A DNA stretch of 64,000 nucleotides from Octopus sinensis (GCF_006345805.1 NC_042997.1:160704001-160768000), one strand, 5' to 3'. Counted from the first letter of the stretch, positions 48,509-62,500 are shown. The notes: a model not told the origin generated them from the sequence alone. Numbers and translations are program-made.

Positions 48509-50912
48509 TATACTTGAGGGTATTTTGAACAATAGGTTTATCCTTGCTGTGTCAATAAGGCGTCGATGCAAACGAACTCGAGTCCAAACCACTTAGTTTC
48601 TACTCGTTATTGCGATCTTAGTCTAATTATGTTTGACATTCAGAGAAGATAGGGAACAGTTTGGAGCTATTTATAAGGTATATTTAATGAATAGCAAGCA
48701 CTCATTAAATACACCTGCATATCAATAAATGTTCTGACAGCAAATTTATTGATATACAGGTGTATTTAACGCTAAGGTACAGCACATGCATTTGATCGTT
48801 ATAAGCAAGTAATTTGTACAAGCTGTTCAGCAAGAAATTGCAGAACCGTCGTACTCGGACTATGAGAGACTACCACCATCGCATGTATGTAAGTAAGTAC
48901 GTACGTACGTGTGTATGTATGTATGTATGTATGTATGTATGTATATATGTATGTATGTATGAATGTATGTATTATGTAAGTATGTACGTACATACGTGTG
49001 TATGCATGTATGCATGTATGCATGTATGCATGTAGGCATGTATCCATGTATCCATGTATGTACGCATGTATGCATGCATGGATTCATGTATGCTTGCATG
49101 CATGCATGGATCCATGTATGCATGTATGCATGTCTATATGTCTGTTACATCCTGTGTGTAGAGTTAGATGTATGACTATTACCGGTGCATTTTATCTATG
49201 TGAACATAAAGCCAAAAAATGTTCCCCTGAAGAACTGTTGTGGTTCAGCATCCACTGCAGAGGATGCAAATAACGACAATGGCGAAACGTACGTAGGGAA
49301 CAAAGAATATAAACTATATCTTGTTTCGTTTTTATAATGCGTTTTCCTACACAAACACACACGCACACACACATGTATAATTTGACTCCGATATATTTCT
49401 ATCGAAATGAGAGATGGCTATCTTCATTCCATGAGTGAAAAAATAAGAAAAGTCTTTCAACAGTTTTGATAAGTAAATAGGTTTTAGTAATTTTCTCTGT
49501 ACAGACAAAAAGATTGATCAAATGATGTTTTAAGATTCAGCTTCTCAACTTGACATCATCCCATCAAAGTAAATCTTTAAAAGCTAACAACGAAACCCAT
49601 CCTTTAATATTGCTACGTGGAATTTCACTGATTCATTGTTGTAATTTCTCAAAATGGATAAATCTTTGGTCTCAGATATTTTCGATATAAAATTCAAAAG
49701 GTTTTATTTACTTTCATTCTGTGACTCATCTGCCAAAATATTCTTTTCTTTTACCTTATATTTTCTTTAAGAATGCCTTTGTTTCTGATTATTTTACCTC
49801 CACTATCGTAGGTGGAAAGTGCCACAATATGATAATGTGACGTAGAATCTTTTACTACATTGGTATACCGATGTTGTAATTTCAAATCTTGTTGAGGTCT
49901 AGTTCATATCTCTAACTAGTGGTACCAGTCATATAAGAAGCCGTAATATAATAATTTTAACATAGCTACAAAGAAATTTGTCGGGTATAGTTAGACGATT
50001 AAATCAGTCACAGTACTTGATTAGTACATTAATTTCGACCCTGGAATGATAAAAGTCAAACATGAACTCGGTGAGATTTGAACTGTAGCAATATAACAGG
50101 GTTCTTTTAAGTAATTATACCTTCCAACTGCAGAAAATAATGTTTCACCCACTAAAGATAGTTTTAAAATTATACTTTATTAACTATTAAAGAATTGAGG
50201 CATACGTGCACAGATATGCACATACTTTTGGTTGCATTTTAGGACTCTAAGGGTTTTGCTGTCTCTTTTGTTCATTAGATACTTTGTAGCAATCTCCTGC
50301 ATTTGGATTACAAACGCGTAACCTTCCAGATATGTATGTGTCTATTGGTCGTAACGAACAGAAGAAAAAATATTTGATACAATTGTAGAGTATAAGAATA
50401 TATTTCCACTCATCTAGTTGATTGTTACTCTGAAGTTTCCCTAACATCCGGTCGATTTATCAGTCAGTATATTCTTACTAGTATAAACAAACACTTACCG
50501 CCTTGTAGATGGACTGCAATGTATGAGTGGTTGTCCTTGAATTTCCACATGTAATGGTGTTTTTCAAAGGATAAAATATCAATATATCGAAGCAGACACT
50601 CAATATAGAGTGACTCATATAAAGTGGTGACACATTGAATGAAATACGCAAAAGATCACAGTGCGTATGTATGTATGTATGTATGTATGTATGTATGTAT
50701 GTATGTATGTATGTATGTATGTATGTATGTATGTATGTATGTATGTATGTATGCATGTATGCATACACACACATGTTCATGTATACTTAAATGATAAACT
50801 TCTGGAAAGTTTTACAGATTCTTATGTATGTACGTATGAATGTATGTATATATTAAGTGTATATGTATGTATATATATATATATATATATAATATATATA
50901 TATATATTATAT

Positions 50913-50998
50913 ATAATTATAATTAAGGGTATCTAAAAGATACCACCATGCTAGATATAGCAAGCAGTGGTATCTTTTAGATTTTTAATTATAATTAT
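50913..50998. other. 86-nt near-perfect hairpin
   Basis: ataattataattaa and atctaaaagataccac arms are perfectly inverted (14 bp and 16 bp), with an inner gcta/tagc pair. Confidence 0.85.
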
Positions 50999-51027
50999 CT
51001 CCTATGAGGTTTTTATTCTTTTACTTG

Positions 51028-51064
51028 ATGTGATCGGTATTTTAAATAACGATCTTATCCTTAT

Positions 51065-51111
<47 letters not shown>

Positions 51112-51198
51112 TTTGTTGAGGCTGTTGGCTCACATGGAGCAGATCCTTTCCTATGACAAGTCTTATGTGATCGGTATTTTAAATAACGATCTTATCCT

Positions 51199-51232
<34 letters not shown>

Positions 51233-51290
51233 ACTTTGTTGAGGCTGTTGGCTCACATGGAGCAGATCCTTTCCTATGACAAGTCTTATT
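51028..51290. repeat. Short tandem duplication around (TA)n
   Basis: ctttgttgaggctg...gacaagtcttat at 51111 and 51233. gtgatcggtattttaaataacgatc at ~51030 and ~51167. Confidence 0.85.
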
Positions 51291-52463
51291 TTTAATCTGG
51301 CAGAGTGTCCTCTAGACTGACCTTAGATATAGTATTCGTACACAAACGTTGGGTGGAAAGCAACGCATATTAAAAGTTTAGGTAAATCTTGAAACCGCCG
51401 GGTTCTTTCTCGTTTTGTCCTTTCTACAGATATTAAATCTAATTTTAGAATATAAAAAACATATTTCATCGATCAATCTTAGCTTCACTATCAATTAATT
51501 GCATAAAAATACGTTTCTGAACACACGAGTATACCCTGCCCGTTTTGTGTAAATATGTGTGTGTGTGAATTTGTGCGCATGTCTTTGTGTGTGCGTGTGT
51601 GTGTTATTACGCGTGATTATATAAAAACTCTGAAAGAAATTATTAGAAAATAATTATATCAACGCAAATGGCAGGAAATATAGGTGATACGAAAAAAATA
51701 CGAAAAGAAAACTCTATCTAAGAAAGGAAGCTATATGATATTTGGCAAATATAGTGAGAGAAATAAACAATCAATCTGGCATTCCAAAACGATTTTCGTT
51801 CAAGTTACAGGCTTTGATATAATTTAGGGGAAAAGGTTTGGGTGCTATGATTCCTAACTGTAATTTATAGAAGATAGTTTTATCGAAATCTGATTGATAA
51901 AATTACAACCTGAATTTTCTTATTTTTAAACATTTTTAAAATTTGTTTTCTTTTGGCTAACGATTTTTAAAAAAATATTTTTCTTTTTTTGCATATCTCA
52001 GTTTTACCTTAAATTTTCAATTTTAAGCTGACATGAATATAATGTTTACGAAGTTGTTGTTGTTCTTCCTCTTGTCGTCTTCGTCGTTGTTGTTGTTGTA
52101 ATGGCGTGGCAAGTGGTAGTGGCGTAATTTGGTAAAGATTCATAAAAGCATGATGTATGGCTGATGGTGCAAACATCGCCGAGAATTAAAACAGCATTTA
52201 CTTCTCAACGAAATGGTTTCAGGATCTATTCGAAACTACTTAGTTTCAAAGTGAACTTTTTAAATGCACACATACACATTACACTCACTCATTCATACTC
52301 GTACTTAAACATATACACTCCCGTAACTTTGGCAAACGAGACCTGTAGAATAAGTAGGAAGCTCAAAAATAGTTTTAAAAAGGTCGATTGTTTGACTAAA
52401 ATTCTTCAAGTAAAAGTGAAGCAAGTAAAAGATACAACAGTTTATATATATATATATATATAG

Positions 52464-52551
<88 letters not shown>

Positions 52552-52596
52552 CATACATACATACATACATACATACATACATACATACATACATAC

Positions 52597-53930
52597 GGCA
52601 CTTGTAACAAAACACGTATCACTAGAAAATATTACAGCCGAATAAAGAAAATTTGGACCTCAGAACTCTGCATTCAATGTTTGCAGTACTCATATCAACA
52701 TTTGGTTTGCTCGATTGGGCGCTTGATGAGATCCGATCCATTGATGCGAAAACCCGAAAAACACTAACAAGCATATATTTTTTCCACATAAACAGTGACG
52801 TAGACCGCCTCTACCTAAAACGAAAACAAGGCAGCAGAAACTTAACATCGATCCAAATGTCTTTGAATGTTGTATCATATCCCTTCGGTAACATCTTTAA
52901 ATCACCAAGTGTCCAAGTGCATCCCTTGACCAAGTTTGCATGGATGAGGCTTATAACATCATAAGTCTTAGAAGTCAGCTCTTTCAGCAACATTACTTGT
53001 CTGATAACCTAGAATACATGCCCAAAGAAGTCGCACGACTATACCGCAACGCATCATCAGATGGAAGGATGAGCCTCTATTAGCAGAAGACTATGCATGG
53101 ACATGTTAGTAGAAAACTGCGAGATTATAGTAATATTGATCATCAAAGCAGTCTATCATGGACCAACAGCCAGATTACTACGTCCCACTTTGAAGGGTAT
53201 GCGTATGCAATCCAGGAACAAGAAATATCAAACAAATACCTGATGTACAAAAGCGATAGAGATGCAAGAAAAGCAGTAAAATGTGACAACCTATGCAGAC
53301 TCTATGGACTTCACACCAAAGATATCACCCACATCATAAGCAGTTGTCCGAAAATGTCATCACAGTATTATCTACCGATGAGACATAATGTTGAAGCTAG
53401 GACACTCTATAATGAAATCTGTCGGAAGGATAACCACGAGGGCGAAGAAACAATAACCCACGGTATGGTAGAGGCCATAACCACTCATTATAAAAAGGAG
53501 TACTGGTGGAATGACCCATTGAAGACCTCAGTAAAGTGTAAGCACAACAGATCTGATACAATGATTTGGGATAGAGAAGAGAAACCGTGTACAGTTGTGG
53601 AGACTAGCCGCCCAGCCGATGTTAACATAAAGCTGAAGATCACTACAAAAGAGAATACCTACTCTGAATTATTGAGAAATCTGCAGTTACTCTATCCTGA
53701 TTGTAAGTTCAGGTTTATACTTGTAATTATTGGGGCCCTGAGATATATAACACACTGCCTAAATACCAATCTTGAGAAATTAGGCTTCTCAAACCAGAAA
53801 GGAGAAAGCTAATTCGAAGACTACAGATCCAATCCATCATTGGAATTGTAAAAATCTGTAAAACTTTCCAAAAGTTTATCATTTAAATAAATATGAGTAT
53901 TTCAAGATATGCAACTATATGCATGAGAAT
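52597..53930 (+). mobile_element. Third R4/Dong-type RLE LINE family, 3' fragment, flanked by (ACAT)n
   Basis: FGLLDWALDEIRSIDAKTRK...HINSDVDRLYLKRKQG; ORF 53093-53812 AIQEQEI...CRLYG..TKDITHIISSCPK...RHN...WWNDP...HNRSDTMIWDREEK..TVVETSRPAD...IIGALRY. Knuckle and PD motif are mutated. Confidence 0.88.
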
Positions 53931-54016
53931 ACATACATAAAACAAAAGATGCAAATCTGCACATATGCATACATACATACATACATACATACATACATAC
54001 ATACATACATACAAAC

Positions 54017-54310
54017 AAAAATACCCTGTTATTGATGTTAAAATTCCAATGAATGAGCCTTGGATCTGGGTTAGAAAACGGTTCTTTATTGGCAAGAAAT
54101 CTTGAAATAAACTGAATTATTACATGCATACATACGTACATTCATACATACATACACACGTCTGCATCTTGGTATACTTCTCACTGATATTCTTACATAC
54201 AAAAATACCTTGTTGTTGATGATGTTGAAATTCCAATGAAGGAGCTTCAGATCTAAGTTAAAAACTAGTTCTTTCTCTATTGGCAAGAAATCTTGAAAGA
54301 AAACTGAATG
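54017..54310 (+). mobile_element. Two copies of a ~105-bp 3'-UTR-like module separated by (ACAT)n
   Basis: aaatacc.tgtt...gaaattccaatgaa.gagc...ggcaagaaatcttgaaa..aactgaat at 54017-54120 and 54201-54310. Confidence 0.75.
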
Positions 54311-54389
54311 ACATACATACATACATGCATGCACGCATACATACATACATACATACATACATACATACATACATACATACATACATACA

Positions 54390-54420
<31 letters not shown>

Positions 54421-54808
54421 GATAACATGTTTACCAGTGTTATCTTTTCACAAGTCTTTTTGTTCAACAATTGGACAATTTTACATGTCGGCTGTTCTTA
54501 AATAACGCGAGACTTACTCTCATTCCCCCTCCTTCTATCGTCTGCTGTTACGTAAGGAATACGTAGAAACACTAGGCAATCATAGAAAACATAGAACCAT
54601 TATGCAATTCCGGAATATCTTCAAGAATTTCAAAGTATGTTGCTTTACTATTTATAAGGTATATTATAAAACTGTAATTCAGTCAGTTAAAGTTTAGTTT
54701 CCACAGGCATTGTATCACAACACGTGTGGAAAGCACTGATTATATACACTACACATGTGGAAACTACTGACTGTCCACATGTTGTACATTACTGACTTCA
54801 TATACTTA

Positions 54809-55027
54809 CGAGGTGGAGCTGAAAAGTTCCTGGCTTTGAGTAAAAGAAAACACAGAAGGACCAATCAACTATGATTTTTATCTAACATATCCCCCCCCTC
54901 TCAGATTCACACACCTTGCAGCAAACCTTAAGTTTTTGTAAGCCCTGTAAAAGAACTCGGAAGTTTGAACTTCCAAACAAGCATTTCACGACACCCTCAA
55001 AGCCAGGAACTTTTCAGCACCCCCTTA
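54809..55027. mobile_element. Mariner-derived MITE
   Basis: TA-cgaggtggagctgaaaagttcctggcttt ... aaagccaggaacttttcagcaccccctta. Confidence 0.85.
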
Positions 55028-55171
55028 TGTGAGCCAGTGTGGGATGTCTGTTTGTGTGTATGTGTTGGGGGGATATGTACAGTCTGGCGCCTCACCGAAT
55101 TTGTTATTTCATAACATTTCTAAAAATGAATATTATTCAATGAAATTCTGAAGAGATATAGTCTCCATGAC

Positions 55172-55332
55172 TGGAGGTGCAACGCTTAGTGGTTAGAGTG
55201 TTGGCCACATGATCGTAAAATTGTAGTTTTGATTACTGGACCAGGCGATGCATCGTATCCTTGAGCAAAATACTTCATTTCACATTACTCCCCAGTCCTC
55301 TCAGCTGATAAAATTTAGTAATTCTGCGACAG
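55172..55332 (+). mobile_element. SINE family C 5' part
   Basis: tggaggtgcaacgcttagtggttagagtg...ccttgagcaaaatacttcatttcac...ctcagctg. Confidence 0.8.
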
Positions 55333-55705
55333 ATCGTTTCATATAAATCTCCTCTTGCCGATTTTCTTTGCTTATAAATCTTATTAAAACGACACTTCGC
55401 AGAAATACGTTTCGAGACTTAAGATTACGAAATGTTGATCCTTTCACATTTGAAAGAAAAGCGAAAATTGTTAAAGTTGCAGAAATTGACGATAAGAAAA
55501 TGCTGGATTGGAGAGAGATTAGTCCCAAACTACTCCCCACCCAAGTTCTTTTTATAAATTTTATCAACAGAATCGTAGTCTAGTCCACCATAAAATATAT
55601 TTCCGCAAAATTTTATTAAATATGTATATTTTCGGAAACTTATAAGAATTAAAATAGGAGGTCGGGCACGAAACTTAAGTTATATCTCTCTCCCTCTCCC
55701 TCCTT

Positions 55706-55744
<39 letters not shown>

Positions 55745-55747
55745 CAC

Positions 55748-55836
<89 letters not shown>

Positions 55837-56123
55837 AGAGAGAGAGAAAGAGAGAGTGAAAGACCGATGATGATGATGAGGCAGACAATGGTGGTGGTGA
55901 TGCTGGGGATGCTGATAGTTATGCTGGTGTTGATGGTAGTGATGGAGATGATGATGATGATGATGATGATGATGACGATTACGTGGGTGTATGTTTTTGT
56001 GTGAACTTCATAAATATGAAAAGAACTCGGGGAGCAATTTTGTTTCCTTTTTTTTGCGTTTTCTTTTTTTATTTTTTTAATGTAAACCATGAAATAACGT
56101 GAAAATATATTTTGTTGTATGTG

Positions 56124-56408
<285 letters not shown>

Positions 56409-56956
56409 TAGACACAGCAAAAATTTGTTTCAACACGCGAATTCACATAAAGAATCTTGCAAACAAGATACAAAAACGAAGTGAAAATATATATTTTCCC
56501 CAATAATATGTATACCAAGTTACATATGTGCACTATATGTATATGTACTATTTGAATTTTCATCAGTTGTTAGTCTGTTTCACTCACTAATTTAAATCTT
56601 TTCGTTTCACACATGTATGTACGTATTTATCTGCCATAACTACTCCGTCATTTCCACCTCATCTTCCACCACATCCTCTTCCATCAACACCACTTTCTCC
56701 TCTTCTTATTCCTCCTCTCCATTCTCCTTCTATTTCACCCCACCAACTCCTCCTCCCCCTCCTCCTCCGTATATATGATAATTTCTTTCTCATTTTGTGT
56801 GGATAGATTTCTTTTACTCCTTCTCTCTCATCAAGCATTCATTCTGCATGATTTATGTACTCTCTTTCTCCCTATCTGTATGTGCATAAATACATACATA
56901 TCTGTCTATCCATCTATCCATATATCTATCTATCTATCTATATATCTCTCTATCTC

Positions 56957-56998
<42 letters not shown>

Positions 56999-57064
56999 AA
57001 TCTATCAATCTATCTATATATCTATCTATCTATCTATCTATTCTATATATCTATATATATATAA

Positions 57065-57101
<37 letters not shown>

Positions 57102-57198
57102 CACGTGTGTATATCTTTTACTCTTTCTTCCTCTCTATACTACGCAAGCTTGACTAAAGAAATCATTCATATATACGTGTATTTGTGTTTCTGTGTGT

Positions 57199-57244
<46 letters not shown>

Positions 57245-58004
57245 GTGTGCGTGTGTGTGTGAGTTTGTGTGTGTATGTATAAATGCGTGAATATATGAAT
57301 GAACGTACGTATGTGGTGAATGGGCATATGTATATGTATGTGTATATGTATATATATGTATGTATGTATGGCTGGCTGGCTGGATTGATAGATGGATGCG
57401 TATAGCAGTGGAAGCTGCAGCGAGCTAAACATATCCTCCAGCCTCGGGCAGCCCAGCATCCATCATTGAGAAAACTCCACTCCGGCCGACATTCCCGCAT
57501 ATCCTTTCCATCGACTCCCTTAACGACTAATGTTCTCCACTCAATCGCCCCAAAACATATCCGGTGGAACAACAAACTATTTTTCTCCCTCATATAACAT
57601 TTACCTCACGAACTCCCATCGAGCTGTATCGTTCCTTTACGGTAAAACTCCCTGGTTCAGCCTATTTTCCCCCTAAGCACATATTCCACGACCACAGTAA
57701 ACGTAAACCATTAACCACAGCAAACTCAACTAATTGTTCGAAAACTTCCCGCGTTCACTTTGGGAGGGTCTCGCCACCATATGAGGCCATCCCCTCATTT
57801 CCGATTTAGTAATGCATACAGATCTGTGTATACGTTTGCATACATATACACTCTGTGTGTGTCTGCATGTGTGTGCGTATGATCTTTGAACTTCGACTCT
57901 GCCTTTTCATGTTTTCTATGAGAATTTCTCTCACCCCCAGTCTCTCCCCTCTCTCCCGCTCCAACTATATCTATCAATATCTACACACACACATATATAT
58001 ATAC

Positions 58005-58036
<32 letters not shown>

Positions 58037-58163
58037 GTAGTGTATATAGATATGGTATATGTATATATATATTATATTACATATACTATATATATATACT
58101 ATATAGACATATACATATATATAGATATAATATATCATATATATACATATTATACATATACTA

Positions 58164-58234
<71 letters not shown>

Positions 58235-58744
58235 TATATATATATATATATATGAAGAAATGGCTGCAGTTTCTCTTATATAAGAAACATTTGAAGGTGC
58301 TGTTGTTGACCTTTCGATCAGATTCTTTCACAATTTGCAAGTTTCTTTGATCAATAAAGTCCTTTTTTTTGCCAGGTATTCATAATTTCATCTGTTATAA
58401 TTTCTAGCATTGTTATTTCGTATTTTTTTTCAATGTTATAGTGCATAGCAATGCCTTGTTATATAATATATATATATACGTATCTAGTATGTATGTATGT
58501 ATGTATGTATGTATGTATGTATGTATGTATGTATGTATGTATGTATGTATGTATGTATGTATGATTGTATGTATGTATGTATATGTATATTCTTTAATTA
58601 AACTGATTTTGTTTAATAAAGGGGCATTTACAAGTTGAGCCGTGTATAAATATCGAAAACACGTTAATAATGGGTTTGAAATTAAATCATGAGCACAGTA
58701 CAGCACCGTTTATATTTGCTTTTATTATATTTTTTATTAATCTA

Positions 58745-58860
58745 GTAAGGTGGCAGAATCATTAACGCGTCGAAAAAAATGCTTAGCAGCATTTTTTCCC
58801 GTTGAGTTTAAGTTCTGCCGAAGTCGACTTTGCCTTTCATCCTTTCGGAGTTGGTATAAA
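58745..58860 (-). mobile_element. Family D repeat
   Basis: ggcagaatc...aaatgcttagc...ctgccgaagtcgactttgcctttcatcctttcgg. Confidence 0.75.
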
Positions 58861-58944
58861 TAACTAAAATACCTGCAATTTCAACACAAACAACGACAGC
58901 AACCATTATTCTAGTTGTTGTGTGTGCAGATATTTTTCCTGTTT

Positions 58945-58985
58945 TTGTTGATGATGATGATGATGATGATGATGATAGATGATGA

Positions 58986-59019
<34 letters not shown>

Positions 59020-59085
59020 GGTGGTGGTGGTGGTGGTGGTGGTGGTGGTGGTGGTGGTGGTGTGGTGGTGGCGGCGGTGGTAGTC
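58945..59085. repeat. (GAT)n followed by (GGT)n
   Basis: Compound trinucleotide tract. Confidence 0.95.
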
Positions 59086-59164
59086 AACCCTTAGTCAGCC
59101 CGAAACGGCTGGGATGCCTTTAACCATGGGTCTATGAGCCAGTAGCAGCAGTATCTTAAACAAT

Positions 59165-59385
59165 GGTTGGGGGGAGGGACTAATTCGATTGGGTTGACCC
59201 CAGTACCTGACCGGAACTTATGTCATTGAGCCCGGAAGACGAAAGGCGAAGACGAAAGGCGAAGACGAAAGGCGAAGACGAAAGGCGAAGACGACCTCGT
59301 CGGAATTTGAACTCAGAACATAAAGCTGGAAGAAATGCCACTTAGCATTTTATCCGGCGTGCTAACGATTCTGCGAGCTCACCGT
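59165..59385 (+). mobile_element. Family D repeat with an internal 13-bp tandem expansion
   Basis: (GAAGACGAAAGGC) x4.6 at 59235-59294 replaces the single gaaagg..aaag motif. Confidence 0.8.
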
Positions 59386-59516
59386 CTTCAGCATCTTAAA
59401 TAATGGAAAACATTTCAACATAAACCCAAAACTTCAAACTATAAATAATTTATTGACACTACATGATTTTAAGTAGTTATTGATATCCAAATAATCGGTT
59501 GAGAACAATAACCCCA

Positions 59517-59725
59517 GACTGACCAAAATCTTGTAAATGGATTTGGTAGACGGAAACTCAAAGAAACCACCGTGTGTATGTGTATGTGTGCGCGCGCGCG
59601 TGCGTGCGTACGTGTGTGTGTGTGAGCGTGAGTGTGCATGTGTGCGTCTTTTTTCCAGGTTTGTCCTCCACCACCGCTTGACAACCTGCGTTGGTGTGTT
59701 TATATCCCCGTAATTTAGTGTTCAG
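59517..59725 (+). mobile_element. SINE-A internal fragment
   Basis: gaccaaa...ggatttggtagacggaaact...cgcttgacaacc..tggtgtgttta.atccccgtaa. Confidence 0.7.
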
Positions 59726-59954
59726 GGCGCTGCTGCACTCTAATATCTGAAACATGTAAGAGGCAAATGAAAGAAAACACATACATACATAGAAATATAC
59801 ATACGTACGTACGTACGTACATAGAGATGTATATTATACAGGATGATGAATATAAACGGTCACTAGATAAATGTGTTTATTTAAATATGAAATGTTCTAT
59901 TTATATTTTACATATTCTTTTACTTCTTATATTTGCTATGTACAAATATAAAAA

Positions 59955-60250
59955 GTGGAGGTGCAATGGCCCAGTAGTTATGGCAGCAGACTCGCGGTCG
60001 GAGGATGGCAGTTTTGATTCTCAGACCAGGCGTTGTGCGTGTTTATTGAGCGAAAAGGCGTAAAAGCTCCACGAGGCTCCGGCAGGGGGTGGTGGCGACT
60101 CCTATTGTACTCTTTCGCCCCAATTTTCTCTCACTCTCTCTTCCTGTCTCTTGAGTAACGCTGCGATGGACTGGCGTTTCATCCAGCTGGGGGGAACACA
60201 TATGCTACAGAAACCGGGAAACCGGACCCATGAGCTTGAAAAGGGCACAT
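59955..60250 (+). mobile_element. Composite SINE (family B head and body, family C tail)
   Basis: gtggaggtgcaatggcccagtagtt head; body shared with 24510; tail gagtaacgctgcgatggactggcg...gaaaccggg shared with 21390-21470. Confidence 0.8.
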
Positions 60251-61275
60251 GAATAAAAAAAAAACAAATATAAAAAATACATATGCAGAAATTCCTCTCA
60301 TAACTCACATATGCACTTATTTGCAGAAAAACACTCGTAATTATACACACCGGAATTTTGAATAAAATCAATGGGTCTGATATGAAGCCATCGGAATGAC
60401 TAAATTTGGGAGTGCGTTTATTAGAAACAATTCTTTTTTTTTAGAGGAGTGAGGACTGACCCCTACAGGATGAAACTTTCTTTGAAATCTCACTGGTCAA
60501 ACTTTCCAGTATAATTTCAGAAATTGCGTTAAACATTTTCGATTTATGTACATTTTCTAATTTGCATTATGCAAACGTTGGTTCGCTCGTAATTAACTTA
60601 AAACCCCCTCGAGATGAATACCTGCAAGACGCTTTAACTCTTCTATCTCCAGCTTAAATTCATTTGAATATTATATTAGAGTGAAAGAATTGCACCCAGC
60701 ACGCAGTCTTTGTTATCTGGTACGGGAGGGATGGTAAAGGAAAATTAGTGCTGTTACAATTCACTTGAATTATTTGATTAACGTCGAATGAGCGAAAATC
60801 AGTGTCCAAAATAAGAAAATACCCAAAATGAACTGTTAGGAAAGAAACTTGGAACATGCCCATACATTTATTTGAGTAGTCTTCATTGATTGAGGTGACG
60901 CCAGAATAATATATATATATATTATATATATATATATATATTATATATATATATAATATATAGTATATATATAGATAATGTATTTTTACCATACCTTGTT
61001 AACAATTAACACGAAAAAATAATAAATAGTTACCAGGGCAGCAAAACATGTGTCGAAAGTAAAAATATTTGATTACACCTGCGTTAACTCCATTTTTTTA
61101 TTCATATATATATATATAGGTATATATATATATATTCCACTGCATCTGAAATCTGCAATGGCTACATAACTACCGTCCCAGCTATAATCTTCGAGGTCTA
61201 GTAATCCGTTACAGCACTTACCTAGCGTACCTAATCGTTTGGATCACCTGTGAACTAACCCCCACCCCCATTCTT

Positions 61276-61322
<47 letters not shown>

Positions 61323-61341
61323 ATATAAATATATATATTCG

Positions 61342-61551
61342 TTTCAAATTTTGGCTCAAGGTCAACCATTTTGGAGGAAGCGGTTAAGTCGATTACTTCG
61401 ACCCCAATACTCAACTGGGATTTATTTTATCGACTCCGAAAGGATAAAAGGCAAAGTCGACCTCGACGGAATTTGGACACAGAACGTAAATATGGACAAA
61501 ATACTACTAACCATTTTGGCCTGAGTGCTAACGATTCTGCCTGCTCACCTT
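61342..61551 (+). mobile_element. Family D repeat
   Basis: Similar to 5515-5712. Confidence 0.82.
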
Positions 61552-61651
61552 AATATTATATATATATATATATATAGCATAGAAATAAAATTCCCAAAGT
61601 GGGTTACTTTGTACTATATTTATATATATATATATAATATTATATTATTAT

Positions 61652-61693
<42 letters not shown>

Positions 61694-61694
61694 G

Positions 61695-61728
<34 letters not shown>

Positions 61729-61949
61729 TGTATGTATGTATGTATGTTACGTATGTATAATGTAAGGTATGTATGTATGTATGTATGTATATCTGTTTAG
61801 CAAGATGTGCTCAGAATTCTACTGAGGTAATCTCGTAATTTCTCGCATCCAAATACCGTCGTCGCCGTCACCGCCGTTGTCGATGTTTTTGCTTTTTTTA
61901 TTGTATAGCCCATCTATATATCAGATCTATGATCAAAATTGTTCTGGCT

Positions 61950-62500
61950 ACGACATTCTTATCTTTGATTTAGACCGTGTATCTCGAACCCATTATCATA
62001 TGTGTCTATCCACTGCGACTTAAGAACGTATGGTGTTGTTTCAGGGAGTTCTGGTGGCCATTTCTATTGAGTTGAGTCACTGCGTAGAGCTCTTCCCCTC
62101 TGAGTTGGCTGGCAGAAATATGACTCACTGAAATATCGGATGCCTCCCACCTATTTATTAACAATTGTTACTATTTTCACTTCAGGATGGCGTCCTACAT
62201 ATTCAAATAGATGCTGTTTGTCTTCTGTTATTTAACATCATTCAACTAAAACCTCAGACAACTCTACAAATACTTATTATTGAATCCAAACAGCCATAGC
62301 AGTCAATATTTTATGAATTGCTACAGTCTAACGAGGCAGTAAATGCTCATTGATCGGTTCTCAATAGATCATTGTATCATCACGAAGCTCTTGTCAGTAG
62401 GACGGTTATATCTTCAGCTATGAAAGTCCGTATCTCCAACAGAAGCTACTAACTAAACTGTTTACTCGGATGACTTGCACGAAAAAAGTATACTTCTGCT
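61950..62500 (-). mobile_element. Possible RTE LINE C-terminal relic
   Basis: Minus-strand HLFEYVGRHPE resembles RTE RWFGHVARHPE. Otherwise decayed. Confidence 0.4.

Noticed and set aside
50499-50660. Minus-strand exon ending in GCG|GTAAGT with two open frames (one reading FEKHHYMWKFKDNHSYIAVHLQG)
   Set aside because: No acceptable acceptor upstream, which runs into (ACAT)n, and no recognisable homology.
53093-53812. 239-aa ORF as a host gene
   Set aside because: It is the C-terminus of an R4-type LINE with a mutated CCHC knuckle and PD motif.
55368-55583. 71-aa plus ORF and overlapping 88-aa minus ORF
   Set aside because: No splice signals or motifs. Directly follows a SINE head and is likely chance or TE debris.
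59235-59294. CRISPR-like array
   Set aside because: Head-to-tail 13-bp units with no spacers, in a eukaryotic repeat context.
61222-61247. 26-nt minus-strand exon with TAG|GTAAGT donor (VIQTIRYA)
   Set aside because: G-rich acceptor region, frame-shifting length and no supporting neighbours.
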